Source of the DNA: a virus
Direction: 5' to 3' (one strand)
Length of the DNA: 64,000 nt
Virus record (IMG/VR): IMGVR_UViG_3300020445_000983
Location: 1 to 64,000 of that record
Positions 40,601 through 45,738 of the stretch are shown in pieces. A program made the translations under genes and the position numbers. The notes under the pieces were generated by a model. That model saw nothing but the letters and a program-made list of their open reading frames with translations, was not told where the DNA came from and did no database searches. How positions within the stretch are numbered: the first letter of the stretch is position 1; each line of letters starts with the position of its first letter.

Positions 40601-43213
40601 CTTAGAACGTGTACACTCAATAAACTGGTTTAATGATTTCTCTTTGTACTGTACATACTCACTATCACCCATTATGATAAGACCATTTCTCTCTGGCCAA
40701 CCAATAGTAGAGTCAACAGTAATGATTGAATCTATTGTATCAATTGGTTCTACAAGAGTAGTTTTGTAGGGTATGGTGAATTTACCAAGTAAAGTTTCTT
40801 CAGATATGGATAATTCGTATATTGTACCTACACCAGTATTGATTGCAATTACGTTTTCAACCAAACAACTAGCATCTTTTACGCTAGTGTCTACAGCATC
40901 AGCAAATTGGAATAACTGAGAATCCTGGATATTTCTTGAATCACCACTAATAAGTTCAACACGAATAATTGTGTCTACACTCCAAGTAGCAGCAGATGGA
41001 GTAATTAACTCATTTTTAGGATAAGATACATCAACTGTCTCAGAAAATAGTATTTTAAAGAGATACTCTGTAGCAGTTTTGGTACCTTTTGAGATATAAA
41101 AGTCCTTGATCGTTTTAATGATCTGAGGAGCATTTACCTTAGTATAATCAATTGGAGCATTAGGTAAAAACTGATTTACAAAACGCTGATACAATTCCTT
41201 AGAGAATAAAGAATCTAAGTTAGTAATTGCAGTATCTTTAGTATGAGAAGACTGAGTACTATCAACTTCTTTAGTGAATATCTGATTTCCTCTCTGATCA
41301 AACTCAGTTACACCAGAAACCCCTCTCTTACAGTCTCTAAACTGAGATGGTTCGTATTCTTCACCTGGGTTATGAATAGTAAATCCTGTTACTTCACCAA
41401 ATCCAACATCACAAGATGCTGCAGCAGATTTTGGTTCAGCAATAACAACTGTTGGAGGCTCAGTAGATGAATATCCACTTCCAAAACTGGTTATATTAAT
41501 ATCAGTAATCTCACCATTAAAGATGGTAGCAACAGCAGTTGCACCTATACCACCTACAGGATTTCCAGAAAGATCCTTTCTATTATCAACAATATAAACA
41601 GAAGGAGGATCAGTGTACCCTCTACCACCAAATAATAATTCGATATCAACTAATTTACCACCACTTACTGATACATCAAGAATTTGAGCACCAACAGGGT
41701 CGATTATACGGCATCTAGGAGGAGTTGTATAACCTTTACCTGGAGCAACGATAGTTACACCATTTACCCTACCAACAGCGTCTAGAGTCGATATAGCAGA
41801 TGCCTGGATAGAGTTAACAGCAGTAGGAGCTTCAATCCAAACTGTAGGAGCAGTCTTATAATTTAAACCACCTTCATTTACAGTAATAGACCCAGGATTT
41901 ACTGATCCTTCAGCATCAATAGTTGCATCAGATATCTTTGCACCTGATGGGTTTGTAAATGAGATAGATGGAATAGTATCATATCCAGAACCTGAAGAAG
42001 TTACATTTATTGTAGATACTTGTCCAGTTTCAGAATCAACAACTACAGTTGCTTTTGCTAAAACTCCTGAACTGTCTGCAGGAGGGTCAAATATTACTAT
42101 AGGAGGGTTATCTGGTGTATAACCTTGTCCACCATCAATTAAACTAATATCCTTAATACCATTAACAAGTGCTTCAGCAGTTCCTAAAGTACCTTTTGTA
42201 CCAGCAGGAGATAGAATAGTCGTCTTTGGAGTGAAGTTTAACCTATATCCACTACCACCTTTCTTTACAATTATATCGTTTATCTTACCATCTTCAACTT
42301 TAGTGATTGCAGCAGCACCTTTACCGAATTCTGGAGCAATTAGTTCTACAGCACGTACTGTAATCTTATCTTCTAGATCTAATCCTGTATTGAAGATTAT
42401 TTGATCTTCATAAACAGTAAAATCAATAAATGGATTTTTTGGAACTCCATTTATAGCAACTAAACAAGAAACAGTAGAAAGTGGAGTATATTTTGATGTA
42501 TTCTCCTTTAAATGGAATATCTTCTGATATGCTGTATCTACTGTAATGGTATCCAGTACTATTACAGGTACACTGGTATAACCAATCAAGTATTCTATAG
42601 TAGTTGGAGCACTAGACCCTTGAGGGATGCTTGGAGCGGTGTCTCCTATGAACCGTATAGTAGCACCTTCTACCACATACTGTGTGGTAGGCTCATACTG
42701 AATACCATTAATAATTACACGAAGATATTCAGGAGCAGATGGCGATATTGGAGTACCAAGAAGATTCAGATTGAATTGTGTCTTTACACCATCAACTTGA
42801 GTTGCAATACTCTCAAGTAATTGAATCTTTCTATTAAATTCTAAGTTATTAACACCAGGAGTGAAAACTACCTCTGGTGACTTTGTTGTGGTCTCATAAT
42901 ATATGATCTCATCGTCAATCTTTATAGTACCATCTCTGTCTAAGAAATAGTCAACAGTTTCTACGGTTATATTGTTATCAGTCGGTGTTATATCCGATAA
43001 TACTACCGATGATGAAGATATGAAATTAGGATCATATTCATCGGAACTGATATCAGTATAACTGAGAATATTGTTCAGAACATCATAAGGTCTACCAGAC
43101 TTTTCTTGCGATTTGTAGTATTGAACCATCAAATCGACAAAAGCCTGATCCTCCTCCTTTATAAATGCAGGAATCTGATCCTGGAGTCTTTGGGAAACCT
43201 TAACTGCCTTCAT
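16625..43213 (-). CDS. gp7: Giant baseplate wedge initiator (gp7-like), 8862 aa
   Basis: Uninterrupted 26.6-kb ORF directly after gp6. Contains QIPAFIKEE..FV....YYKSQE, IKDFYISKGT..LFKILF, IQDSYFYQNFSYVIKS..HPVGF motifs, plus YHYH-like, beta-propeller, two LamG-like, helical repeats, Cys/His repeats and a C-terminal Ig-like domain. Confidence 0.85.
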   Translation of the reverse strand: MKAVKVSQRLQDQIPAFIKEEDQAFVDLMVQYYKSQEKSGRPYDVLNNILSYTDISSDEYDPNFISSSSVVLSDITPTDNNITVETVDYFLDRDGTIKIDDEIIYYETTTKSPEVVFTPGVNNLEFNRKIQLLESIATQVDGVKTQFNLNLLGTPISPSAPEYLRVIINGIQYEPTTQYVVEGATIRFIGDTAPSIPQGSSAPTTIEYLIGYTSVPVIVLDTITVDTAYQKIFHLKENTSKYTPLSTVSCLVAINGVPKNPFIDFTVYEDQIIFNTGLDLEDKITVRAVELIAPEFGKGAAAITKVEDGKINDIIVKKGGSGYRLNFTPKTTILSPAGTKGTLGTAEALVNGIKDISLIDGGQGYTPDNPPIVIFDPPADSSGVLAKATVVVDSETGQVSTINVTSSGSGYDTIPSISFTNPSGAKISDATIDAEGSVNPGSITVNEGGLNYKTAPTVWIEAPTAVNSIQASAISTLDAVGRVNGVTIVAPGKGYTTPPRCRIIDPVGAQILDVSVSGGKLVDIELLFGGRGYTDPPSVYIVDNRKDLSGNPVGGIGATAVATIFNGEITDINITSFGSGYSSTEPPTVVIAEPKSAAASCDVGFGEVTGFTIHNPGEEYEPSQFRDCKRGVSGVTEFDQRGNQIFTKEVDSTQSSHTKDTAITNLDSLFSKELYQRFVNQFLPNAPIDYTKVNAPQIIKTIKDFYISKGTKTATEYLFKILFSETVDVSYPKNELITPSAATWSVDTIIRVELISGDSRNIQDSQLFQFADAVDTSVKDASCLVENVIAINTGVGTIYELSISEETLLGKFTIPYKTTLVEPIDTIDSIITVDSTIGWPERNGLIIMGDSEYVQYKEKSLNQFIECTRSKNGIVEDWDSGTTIYSDIFCYVDRGLDTEVKLRILGIAEATGTVLSDTGSYYLAGDKLNVASLGSSTTDKKITSWLYNVKKLISVTNIEPGGLNNQTATVYSVNNHGLLVGDAVTIYGANPTIFNGTFEVTSRINATTFSYQIEAPSPNPPQGNILMSVDLNRGKSDVESISGTIKDFTTNIQNVFFNDNYSYVATTGIPNYKVGPFIGSALIPGNQRKLSRIPRIVETVSERPLTEFGPIGTWVNGVAAWSYKSESKIKYGGVTGIDITNVGKGYDAAATPAIEITGGGGAGAAASVVVNGSLYEIDVTSGGTGYTSSPLVSIVGGGGFGATATAVITNGVVTKILVGDPGQEYTSEPLVSISGGDGAGATASAAVRGPIKSIAVTNAGQSYTSSPTIKLNSGEGAVAQPIVINGRIVSIAVIASGDGYTSPPKVIINGEGYGAVGKATIGTSGEDKGKVLTVSVENRGVGYNTGTTTIRLEAVGELATFTANVFEWTKNLETEQYGNLDPARGYVFAGYNTQYGGEYAHVSDPKQLRFVLGDNVYRDPATGNLRELDAGLSHSPIIGWSFDGNPIYGPYGYIKADDQSSGIKRIVSSYRIKLALIYDEATNPTPIRADGPLLSEYAAGTFIEDYEYVFQNGDLDQYNGRYCKTPEYPEGVYAYFVSIDASEAGLPVFPYVCGPQLYSVPDKWNYSQDAIQTNIPSGVVRFRDPYEDVDIDIERQPNKATDTLVTEFGEEFVFELEDLNKDGILDAEEAVALTYISEEPVLQLFDYYPKVSTRSQVDIEVETTTKFEDAKVSGFVVENPGTSYKVTDKLYFDNTDTGGYGASAKVESVKGQDVLSYSSTLENDVSFGTITTTEEHDLRAGDEVIVESIPQIDSTNKTFKVKVVAGVERIDVLQQGLGYSEDIPPTYEIISGQGQDFKLNIVREESGAVNKVNIINSGSAYDKDSPPEIRVSHPQRYKKAAYALSFLKENTTVTKIKDVAIADDRTFYVVGEADDSTGDSAGMIAKFNSDGRLLWTRTMLPIQPAAGDKRCVFNSIHVANTNPHTIYVVGETIPHTANLAYNPDLVVAKFESGFDANNNPTAVIKWQRELAGISGSTRRDYISSVDLDSNGYLYIAGTTDTNSPNPSDMWIGLLNTDGALEEKRKIASAAGDEQLNDIKFIGNNKVLFVGIEDPTGSGNIIFGETYYDSATIEVNWTRKFSNTAYRYSNPKLTVDDYGTVYITATATTVATGKTAGVAYWKFLSSNLQTPAAQKLFAPNTAFEEIQSTGVKFDIFGNIDVGAYVRYAFNDNRIISWKVSWNTDNVITAASVKETSGIGFHPIAITNDSSADTIVVGNKVEANEIAILNFDTDVSGDDTYNDISTIAWKGTGEAIDNAKPKFGNSSVTTTAAANALEIDWAADQGTDWTIEGYIAIGQSQYNAQSSKPTLFKITPNTGDATVLSVDGDSTSPNFGKLSIDVGSGTYFSTTTTNWTRFAAEAFVHVAYVKQNIGVGNYTYKVYINGNEEISHTSTTVNTAIKKAIVLGLETPATTTSVGGWLDNLSISTVTKYDANFTPAQAVGSTKITHAFTYKIDKDQTKLGTFTLNDVETGIQVTNAAAINDFTFNTLATTSNDWVLGPAGIQILDYADVISNNVEGSYTFTSTDEPYATRTATIPTPNGKKLLMSTTVIPKFYLRDAKYTTIDAVKTITFNQNATFTKGDRLQQYSVIGGADVISAYGTIVEAGTNNCKIGNIVGTFDTAKLIKSTGNDINVIAYDFTVTTTIPQWTTNTVYAVSDEVYNAGKIYTASSAGTSGATAPVHNVGTVSDGTVNWVYTRVAGSFDVDLVNTSYSGGTLDQFARWKTFSGSDYIIKIEEIYEDSSYIKGDIIDADAVGLTFSVDATGNIATFGNLVGVKEFKLTANLDKDIIPTGALTYTDLVFANATTKNNFETNEIIFVEGFSTNEYNGSFFVEELFNSRQFTYRLRSTAIQDPVFSQGVIASVNIYAKHPKLLFVRGHQYVFDLDDTSNAGYFLSFSKDNQYKLEYPFTNIIREGTPGMTDESSPTPLVKFLVTDAVTNISYYFDPSRTSANDNPVGIDSFIDVVQTPYKGIFTISSIPDDKEFKFPLLREPENTTAPLGNTEVGIPRSSYSTTSVKAVGPISSIKLVNPGGFYQKLPIVTDIASNREIEKIKITSGGTEYVNGTYFNVPIDGDGEGALCNITVADDGDLEGVITGVELISAGKGYTFASVDIDGIPGILGSLLQGSGGVLDVIIPAEGSGASVFLQGLSIGKIKKLKNNEFGFGYSHDYTLRPEITFPVNLQLFNTAILTEIKITDPGSGYTSVPRVVIEGGGGIGAEALAIVKNNRLSEIQVKEPGSGYSSEPIVTLKSEFNYVVNIDLGYLQFNFPHGITNGAAVNLRAEDLGSTIGILPKPASAGLISLSENTTYYAIAGEANSLEPDQLRIALTPVDAESGSFITFLTQGDGRQVLLTEVFGGKATAVVETSRFLQGEKVYQGSFIETASAVGYVSENQGWQIGPRILKLENYTGNWTIGERVTGEVSRASGLIDNLSIAKGTLNIDALTTTTGQFIDDVGKPSEIVQKIQDSYFYQNFSYVIKSQTPINSWRKSILETNHPVGFNMFGELALTGGKDISGRKVVSDLVKEVNIFSATNINKITSFANAQPIYTQFNNTEVLFRQKRLTNSEEILTSIVKKLDNISDDFDGIKTQFPLTVEGESITATDDQMMILINGIAQSPGVSFTTSGPSIVFDEPPKAPSRIKFREIGFSQINITRFTFSSTSGIFPPAGKIVRSLQNEGTAIVIDSLVDSIDVVDISGSFLTNDNVLSSATGFDGVLASVTPLTSNTIFEQGETITNLDTVPDFAVIEETNLIDGTVTTDLVVSRTSGTSEFETGEFDLKFNDIVYSARSKICARITTIAPYQDDNTQQIIDTVDLSPPSFFFGLVFQRVPSITFPNKILDNISETVVNPTELYSDTANNQDFLDFEEVRNQEIRYKNLQGSQFVIGDSIRNKKLYFANSSMRTVHDNRSYDAAVLLRKNALFIAEEAVGIMKNYYPSFTVPGLNHDKDCHDDIVDICNVIAWQLEYDGNSEVWDTAYKYVQSGVIYHIDGEVPQVVYTMNAARDLMIKCIRNEVHTALYTGIQQYRDPTVTNEYDPVDNSHADARSLLLANKWYIAHESLYYAKQQNPGYTVTGGDVHCLSDIVDVIEALAYNTAHGGNNFIYEAGHRIVQYGTVTGDIDTMVDAYTKAKAMALDIMKNVAVAKADASHGWVQVTDSGITVDTGSPVCNGVASTIGTLCDIIIAGLGTTASPGTVATFEAAYTNTVPSTAKTGYVNGCMNQSSAITGFINIITDTLQDPTFADPATYQWSIGNVSRVEPPYAFQEETIRCTKHAYKGKSSGGFFVFEDNVKGVTSGASFDVIGSNAGNKWIYSKDVTGVFQADEYITNSKITNSNVVADSLIFRTGTGSLAFSGTATNLLYPSSDKVAFGTGDYTIEGWFRPSTIAGTQTLIDLRGSTSDTKVQVLLSGTSIKLAIAGTDQISSAQIGAADTWYHFALSRSSSVTKLFVGGVQVGANYTDTNNYTDSTIRIGSSWNAGDTFAGNIDSIIIRKGIAQYSGTFNAPVVYPTNDNTISWALLGDAPMPLEVGAIYANWVATTISSADVDYVELFEQELQCEGVDLGRAEYRDCADIIYKNRDWIAEEAVGRLKVRYPDFIIPGDGGQSNYGTNVCLRDTREYIIPAIIQDLIDGGNYNTVVQARAYLTGSGALQHINGEVLQSIYTWGEVAKLCIDVITQDETTLSGTYSTRVRVPNYFATPASQPVQDFINNLISDLLDLLGPTGQRFRDGADLIYFNRKVIADEAVYHIENKYNITVGFSQDQKLQIPDRNKCVRDLRDHILPAISGDLLTGGNNQTNAQIDYYIDNQDNINHVEDELLPMLDAIEFARMLAEKAISNLLISRNENPADVAADFSDYYQMQWSDEAVHRDDQIVKDPKAYTGTDKALDAADLLVTNARAIAGEAVDLTTKLSAFQHYNFRVKGGKHNCEDDIVDLLESIAHDLRFGGNSSMWDASALYLNTTAGLKHVTDQSAETLYAFKVARDMSQLAVKNKFGFLPYEDEGQTGQGQQTFRPDYYDNASGNKFYDAGNEILNNLRFIATTAVGRGVSQYPSLAFAGYGYQSCVDDVVDMLEAMAFNLKHGGNNKTLYATELYVTDANAVQHVSGQSAEVKYIFEQARDIAIEVVRQLLITKNGYTEGDADYDQTITIDQQTASVQYTPSGATYDPATGDLIINVPQHNLSTNDTIRIATNSLIFTCSQDQHQTTHAYPRASDPASTAILPVTQVIDANNFKVNVGPTETVPFSVSNSTYDPATGLLTLDVGSHKLKTGTTLNISDHSLLYRCSQDNYRTIHSYPRATDPASQQALDIVSIGATSHTATHADYNPVNGRLTVTVPDHGFANGDKVRLIDNSLVFSCGMDSNYTLHSYPRSTDDASGTWLTATNVTHNSFTIDVGSTPISNYAVSNASYNPTTGTMILTIGSHSLNSGAKIRLLPNAVTFTCEEDDNQTNHSYPRTTTTQHTATGGDYDAATGLMTVWVPGHTFVKGDHVKFADNSMTFSCAMDGHATDHAYPRSSDPASGAWLPITWVGTDQFKVNVGTSPIVPFTPTDAAYEPTTGELKLTIGPHHLTEGDNVKIEEGGLTFTCNQDSHQTLHPYPRNQINTHDIQTASYTATTGVLSVTTTAAHSLLAGDYVKFADGAITMTCTMDGGTANKTYPRSTDPVSGKYLEISNVGSTTFDVNVGTSPIVNYQPTGINYNPTTGIMEMTIGAHNHIIGDSIKFAANGLTFTCAEDDHQTNHTYPRATDPFYDTACPITAVTATTISVQVLNSIPSTNTTAHTFVSATANAVQTGGDYTHAFVSAVAGSLSSKQDRAFDQSVDVVYEGTPLTAVSGTTYDPNTGIMSITTSGYHGMVDGDYVKFRTDSVTFTCTQGGGNHSYPRLSDPINGEWIQVSNVTNTTFQVQVLDNIPSTNVTAHTFVSGTANGIIRKDNTITLNVGIASNITPHIFVSATSGAIKAGGNYDHTYVSSSTNGITWKKDIAYDYPLEIIGTTLSTISIKVLAEGRIPSTNETQHTFVSATPGAVITGGNYDHIFVSAADHGVELQNGSVTVNVGTTPENHYNVQNSTYDAATGDLTLTVGTHHLKEGTTLKIANDSLIYTCDMDDHNSEHTYPRATDPSAGEALVIKDVSESQHSITDATYNPSNGHLVCTLNGHDFKTKSHMTPEGARFTTTSGVMEIFIKNHGLQNGQSIKIQDAGITFRCSQDQYSTDHQYPRASDPASGNWLVVTNASQDKFEVNVGTSSNTTSHRFYGATTNGITVAGDYVRFEDNAITFRCAKDSYGSDHTYPRPTDPASGEWLEVAAADTNTFTVDVGISSYTGTHTYQAFAANGLKRQTGTVTVNVGSTPTVNYTPSTGVFTPLTGVMQLTLGNHWLNEGDNIRVAPDSLVFRCGMDNYQTDHAYPRAALLTHTPTGASYDGETGILSLNITNHGMGTGDWVKLNQECITFTCDMDGHATNHPYPRADDPIADRWIQIQNVSTNGFDIFVGKTPTRIFDPSAATFNPSNGYLEMTIGAHDWEVGDSVWIGDHSLAFTCSMDDHYSVHSYPRPTDPVHNTRVPIIAKTDSTITVNVGSTPTVSHDVTNAAYDPTTGDMTLTLGGVHGLVGGTRITASSGTTYDPTTGVMKIQTAVTHGLVAGDRIKMDDYAVTFTCAKDSHQTNHAYPRPTDRVHGEWMQVHNVLSNSFEVQVLPAIPSTNTTAHTFVSGLTNGIMKEVDSIKLLPNALTFRCDEDGQNSDHSYPRNLEDSHTAVVGTSFTPTDGSYDATTGNLVLDIGSNSLAIGDRIRINEEAIKFTCEMDGNSTIKSYPRSTDPTYGHEYEIIAKAGNTVTVFVGTSPIVSYNVSNAVYDPQGGNLVLTIGAHTLTANRDSIRLADDSLTFTCDYQLNNYQTQKTYPRASGAATGDGEDYAYRTALPIIAATDTTITINVNGGQGPITDLTTHNFISATAGAVITGGNYTHTWSSADAGAVITGGTYHNPQTGVLQIKTSAAHAMGNGDWVKFDNNALTFTCAQDNHQTNHTYPRPSDPFAGKWIQVFDVTSDTFKVVVNKIVPQSNTTPHIFISGATNAIKQKRDSMYDTSIPIVDVPTNNQIVINVLKEAPSSNVTTHVFQSAVSGAVVAGGAGYTHTFQPGYEKMTPTNAVYNPTTGFMTLTVGNHWVKNGDHIRIDNDALTFTCAQDGHQTDHTYPRAHDPVSGNWIKVQNVTSSGFDINVLDVIPSTNQTVHTFKSGVAHSISRGAIKGGGIYNHTYVGAATNCVKQKRDPSFEKGQRITNVGTSSHTLTNAIYRPETGVMTLTIPSHGFSATTKKTATTGTSYNPTTGILTIKTTNNHGFVNGDKIKIADNGLTFTCTQAGGNHSYPRTTDPASNKWLTVMNQNGTDEFDVNVGYFFGQGPISNTTTHTFVSATTDGIEKANDKIKMADGSITFSCGKDDYATDHAYPRATDPSHNEWLPLSNVSTHQFDVFVGRANLDKTPHTFVSATSGGITRPDGTIQINVGTSSNVSPHTWQSATANAIIAGGSYTHKFIRAEKFPVRSGGAYSHEFEANVTKTPRDAAYNPTTGVMTLTINGHGMVAGDYIKIADNSLVFSCGFGGGGQVNKSYPRSTDPASNSFMPITVVDQDNISVQVLASAPSTNTDAHTFISAEAHCVTKASVITGGNYSHTFISSNNNSITTYANAGGTRCSNEASGITTLMGIPINLFGSGASNPNSYMAGITKTIPGEWPTTGDRAVRRDISITYDGTSFCQTEQSAVNTLWDIVINTVDQAAQGNSSHLSTVTRTAPTTTNTNYIGGTCYNVTSASHTLFNIILDTLGGGTEMGKQAARLLMYNNVYIRDESMSETLGTYPGYAGVNTFSDDILKAFIYDFITAGNAKTLGLVSSWFDSEGTFIAFPELFRTRVIFHFEAIKRYMINVLEQDAIDPGAFENTPAYTDKELRVSKTAVDKLHSLCHLIDVALNRSTYPTTYVSHTFDPGNSVSNGGIDIVGHRFEAYDQVKYIALGAMIAELDRENYYVHPHTTADRVFLCEYIDGEAVYINPGQTGETHSLALTRVDGIDRIPTTYGSRDVPTPINGGINLADVCYGTTTGATGEIVRIADNHADIYYVVTYIECNTFSSSPKLENGEAVVVQGATGNTASVLATDNATYIKVVNPVGTFNAADVLEGVTSGGTATVVSTHSRILVNFRQGEFLANDKIYSADSGSKANALIVRNNNGALLDNQRGRVTFDIDTITGEFAPNDVIYGSVTDQIIEIEAFASLPNFGEYVHARDITRLTYSAFITDTGVTDSIEVGDVCQVFSGGAVLSPNWTVTITEKNEDNNYLFVCNSTNAPEGVTVSDIASNSQYTLGKLPEGSNFPSVWTLIAAAQVTSTTAYGRIEKITQLGTKATLHLGDSEGSFQKNAQIIGDNGFQGACSAARTLRGRVRRYFRGFDGTQMNFKLTENNGTPYFPDPAGHMMIFVNGILQPPGADYSFTAFSDNVQFTEAPAAGSSFHGVYVGKLRQLDDIGFDFDSLRNSFNLKLGGVFYSLTLTEGVQSNTIRPENNIICQLNGVIQEPGIGFEIVGSRIIFSEVPRAGSTFVAFSYIGSDVDVIAATVVPPIEAGDDLIIEGEEENRTVALIESSNSLITFEYSGAVKGRNADALATIEKGRVTKAVLTGSGDGYSTRPNVDVISSSGFGAKIKALVGLARIDVKNAGQGYVQPIVQVETTVEDSFLGPTGAALNGGIDIYDPGWQDPEGGSTPDEQFITISTPPVSVTVNQGQSAAFVIIATSSNGSTLSYQWQKKEYGTDSWLNVAGATTDSISITSTQQGDGGDEYRVGITSPGAIPVLSTAAVLTVNVGASTVDNFTPDQIFDDN
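19325..31480 (-). repeat. 7 copies of a helical domain (DA..L...N..FIA.EAV...C..D....I..I..DL..GGN)
   Basis: Seen directly in the translation, flanking and enclosing the beta-domain array. Confidence 0.8.
20171..27755 (-). repeat. 24 nested copies of a ~105-aa beta domain inside the giant protein
   Basis: Consensus Y(D/N)P.TG.L.LT...H.L..GD.I.I....LTFTC..D.H...H.YPR..DP.....L.I..V....F.VNVG...HTFVSA; 24 YPR motifs counted. Confidence 0.9.
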
Positions 43214-43227
43214 TTGTTGTTATCGTC

Positions 43228-45321
43228 TTAGAAGCAGGTATCGAAGTCTGGATATTCGAATACCGTGGTTGGATAATCAATGATATTTATCGAGGTTCCA
43301 TCGAAGTTAATTGCGGTAAAGTCGAATGGATCGAATGTTGGAATATTACTTCCATCAATTGTGTAATCAATAGTAATTACTTGTGGGTTAAAGATAGTAG
43401 GATCGACACCTGTACCGATGTTGACATTACCAGCAGAAAGAATTACTGTAATGGGAATACGATCTGTACCATCTGGAGTTTGCTGTACACTTATAGGACC
43501 CAAACAAACTTGTCCAGTCTTATAGTTAACTGTTCCAACCCCTTGCTTCAAAACAACTTCTGCCTCATCCAGTTTAGTAACCATAATCAAAGAACCTTTA
43601 CCGTCATCGCGAACGTTGACAGGTAAAAGTGCTGAAGTATCATTCTCAATGAATGTACTTGTACTTAAAACAGAATTGGTAGTAAGTTGTTGACTCTGTA
43701 CGGCAAGATTAAGTAAATTCTCCGTATATCCTGTAGAATAGAAAATACCTGATTTAACAGCCGAGAATTTGGGTTCACAGGTAGATCCTGTACCACCTGC
43801 ACCAGTAGTACCACCTGAAACATCACTAGGATTCAAAATTTCATTACCAAAGTCAACGCACTGAGTAAATGTTGACCCAAATGGGAACCCAGTAACGTTC
43901 ATACCCAATGTCATCGTAGTAGTATTACCACTGATAGCATTATCAGAAGAATCAACCATAGTCTGAAATGCAGAACCATCGATTCTTCCATTAAATCTAT
44001 TCGCTGACCCTTGAGAATTGTATTGATCTATAGCACCCAGTACCTTCGTAGCAACTTCGTTATTGGATTGTGCTGTCTTAGTTCCGTCAAAGAAGACATA
44101 AGACTTAGGACGAATGTACAATGTTGTAGGATCAATGATGACTGGCTCAATAGCAGCCATTGAATACTTCAAAAGATCTGTTTTTATGCGCTTCTTGGTA
44201 GTTTCGTTTAAATTTGCACCGCTCTTAGTTCTTATGGCAATGTAAACCTTCCCATATACGGGTGGATATACACGCTCACCACCATATGCCGTTACAGACT
44301 TTGCTGATGGATAAACGTTTTTAGTGATATATTCGTAGTCAGACTCTGTGACTGCCCTATTCTGGGATGAATATGCCCTTGGAGCGTTATACTTGATGCT
44401 TATAATATCTTCTCCTTCTTCACCAGACTGTGACGCATCTACAGTTGCCAATGATATGTTACCAGCTGGTACTAAGCGTCCTGTATTGTCAACTACGCGC
44501 CCAATAAAGTTAAATTTCTTACATCCGTTTGCTGCTGAACCATCTGTGCGTACATAGCGCATCTTAATGACTTCACCTGCAATCAGTTCGCGGCAAATAA
44601 TACCATCTCCGAAAATAACCTGATATCTAAGGTCATCAGTTTCCTCAAGGAAGTAACCACGAGTAGTTCCATCGACATTAACAATGTTGGTAACACGATT
44701 ATAAGTGTCGATCTCCTCTGACTGTGCGTTAGGTGAGATAGAAACATACAGTAACTCTGTATCAACATTATCAACAGGAATCTCATACTTACGTTGTTTT
44801 ACATCAGTTACGGTATACTTGTATTCTAATAGGTTACCTTGATATATTACTGTCTTCTTGAAATTAGCAATACCACTAGATTGATCTACAGCAGCACTAA
44901 TATCATTAGGTACAGTAAAGATGTATGATTGACCATCTACCGCAGACATAAAGACATCTCCTTTAGGGAGTGTACACTGTGCGGGATATATGGCACTATC
45001 ACCAACAAATGTTGTTTGTACAGAGAAATTGATACACGCTTTAGATGCTTTAATAGATCTTGGTGTGTAATTTAACTGCTTTGCTATCTTAACTACGTTA
45101 TCACGAATAGTGGCAGACTCAAGGAATGCCTCGTTCATACTCATATTCGCGTTAAACGAAGAGTAGTATGTGTTATATGCTAAAACATCTAATAGGTATG
45201 AAGCGGCTGAACCATCAAAGTCGTAATCGGTAAACTCTGTTCTAGTTCGAAGGTACGACCTAATAGACTCTTTAATTTCACTAAAGTCTAGGGATGTTAA
45301 ATTGGATGGTATCGCAGCCAT
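43228..45321 (-). CDS. gp6: Baseplate wedge subunit gp6
   Basis: 697 aa; LTSLDFSEIKESIRSYLR..FTDYDFDGS..LLDVLAYNTYY, NEAFLESATIRDNVV and QNRAVTESDYE motifs. Confidence 0.93.
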   Translation of the reverse strand: MAAIPSNLTSLDFSEIKESIRSYLRTRTEFTDYDFDGSAASYLLDVLAYNTYYSSFNANMSMNEAFLESATIRDNVVKIAKQLNYTPRSIKASKACINFSVQTTFVGDSAIYPAQCTLPKGDVFMSAVDGQSYIFTVPNDISAAVDQSSGIANFKKTVIYQGNLLEYKYTVTDVKQRKYEIPVDNVDTELLYVSISPNAQSEEIDTYNRVTNIVNVDGTTRGYFLEETDDLRYQVIFGDGIICRELIAGEVIKMRYVRTDGSAANGCKKFNFIGRVVDNTGRLVPAGNISLATVDASQSGEEGEDIISIKYNAPRAYSSQNRAVTESDYEYITKNVYPSAKSVTAYGGERVYPPVYGKVYIAIRTKSGANLNETTKKRIKTDLLKYSMAAIEPVIIDPTTLYIRPKSYVFFDGTKTAQSNNEVATKVLGAIDQYNSQGSANRFNGRIDGSAFQTMVDSSDNAISGNTTTMTLGMNVTGFPFGSTFTQCVDFGNEILNPSDVSGGTTGAGGTGSTCEPKFSAVKSGIFYSTGYTENLLNLAVQSQQLTTNSVLSTSTFIENDTSALLPVNVRDDGKGSLIMVTKLDEAEVVLKQGVGTVNYKTGQVCLGPISVQQTPDGTDRIPITVILSAGNVNIGTGVDPTIFNPQVITIDYTIDGSNIPTFDPFDFTAINFDGTSINIIDYPTTVFEYPDFDTCF

Positions 45322-45324
45322 TGA

Positions 45325-45738
45325 TTATGCACGTTCTAGTAGGAATTCAACAGATTGTACGAGAGTTTCACCTATAATTGTATAATCAATCTCTATATGT
45401 AGTGTGTTTTCGTCTGACTTGTCTGGAAATAGTCTGACCTGATTTAAACCTACTCTTGGTTCGAATCTAGTGACAACGTTCTTGATTTCCTCTTTAATTT
45501 CTTCAGCTACGAAGACATCAAAGGGTTCAAACAACATTTCTCTTAGACGAGAACCTTTCTTAGGTTGAAAAGGTCTTTCTGTATATCCTGTACTGACAAG
45601 ATTACGAATAGACTGTTTTATGGCATTCTCGTTTTTCACCATAGAGAAGTCTTCGGTATTAGGGTTTGGTTTGAAACCAATGCTAAAATCCCGAAATGCT
45701 CTGCTGAGAGATCTATCTGCCCTAAAGCGATATGCCAT
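45325..45738 (-). CDS. gp25: Baseplate wedge subunit gp25
   Basis: 137 aa; KNENAIKQSIRNLVST...ERPFQP..GS....LFE...FEPRV; adjacent to gp6. Confidence 0.92.
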   Translation of the reverse strand: MAYRFRADRSLSRAFRDFSIGFKPNPNTEDFSMVKNENAIKQSIRNLVSTGYTERPFQPKKGSRLREMLFEPFDVFVAEEIKEEIKNVVTRFEPRVGLNQVRLFPDKSDENTLHIEIDYTIIGETLVQSVEFLLERA

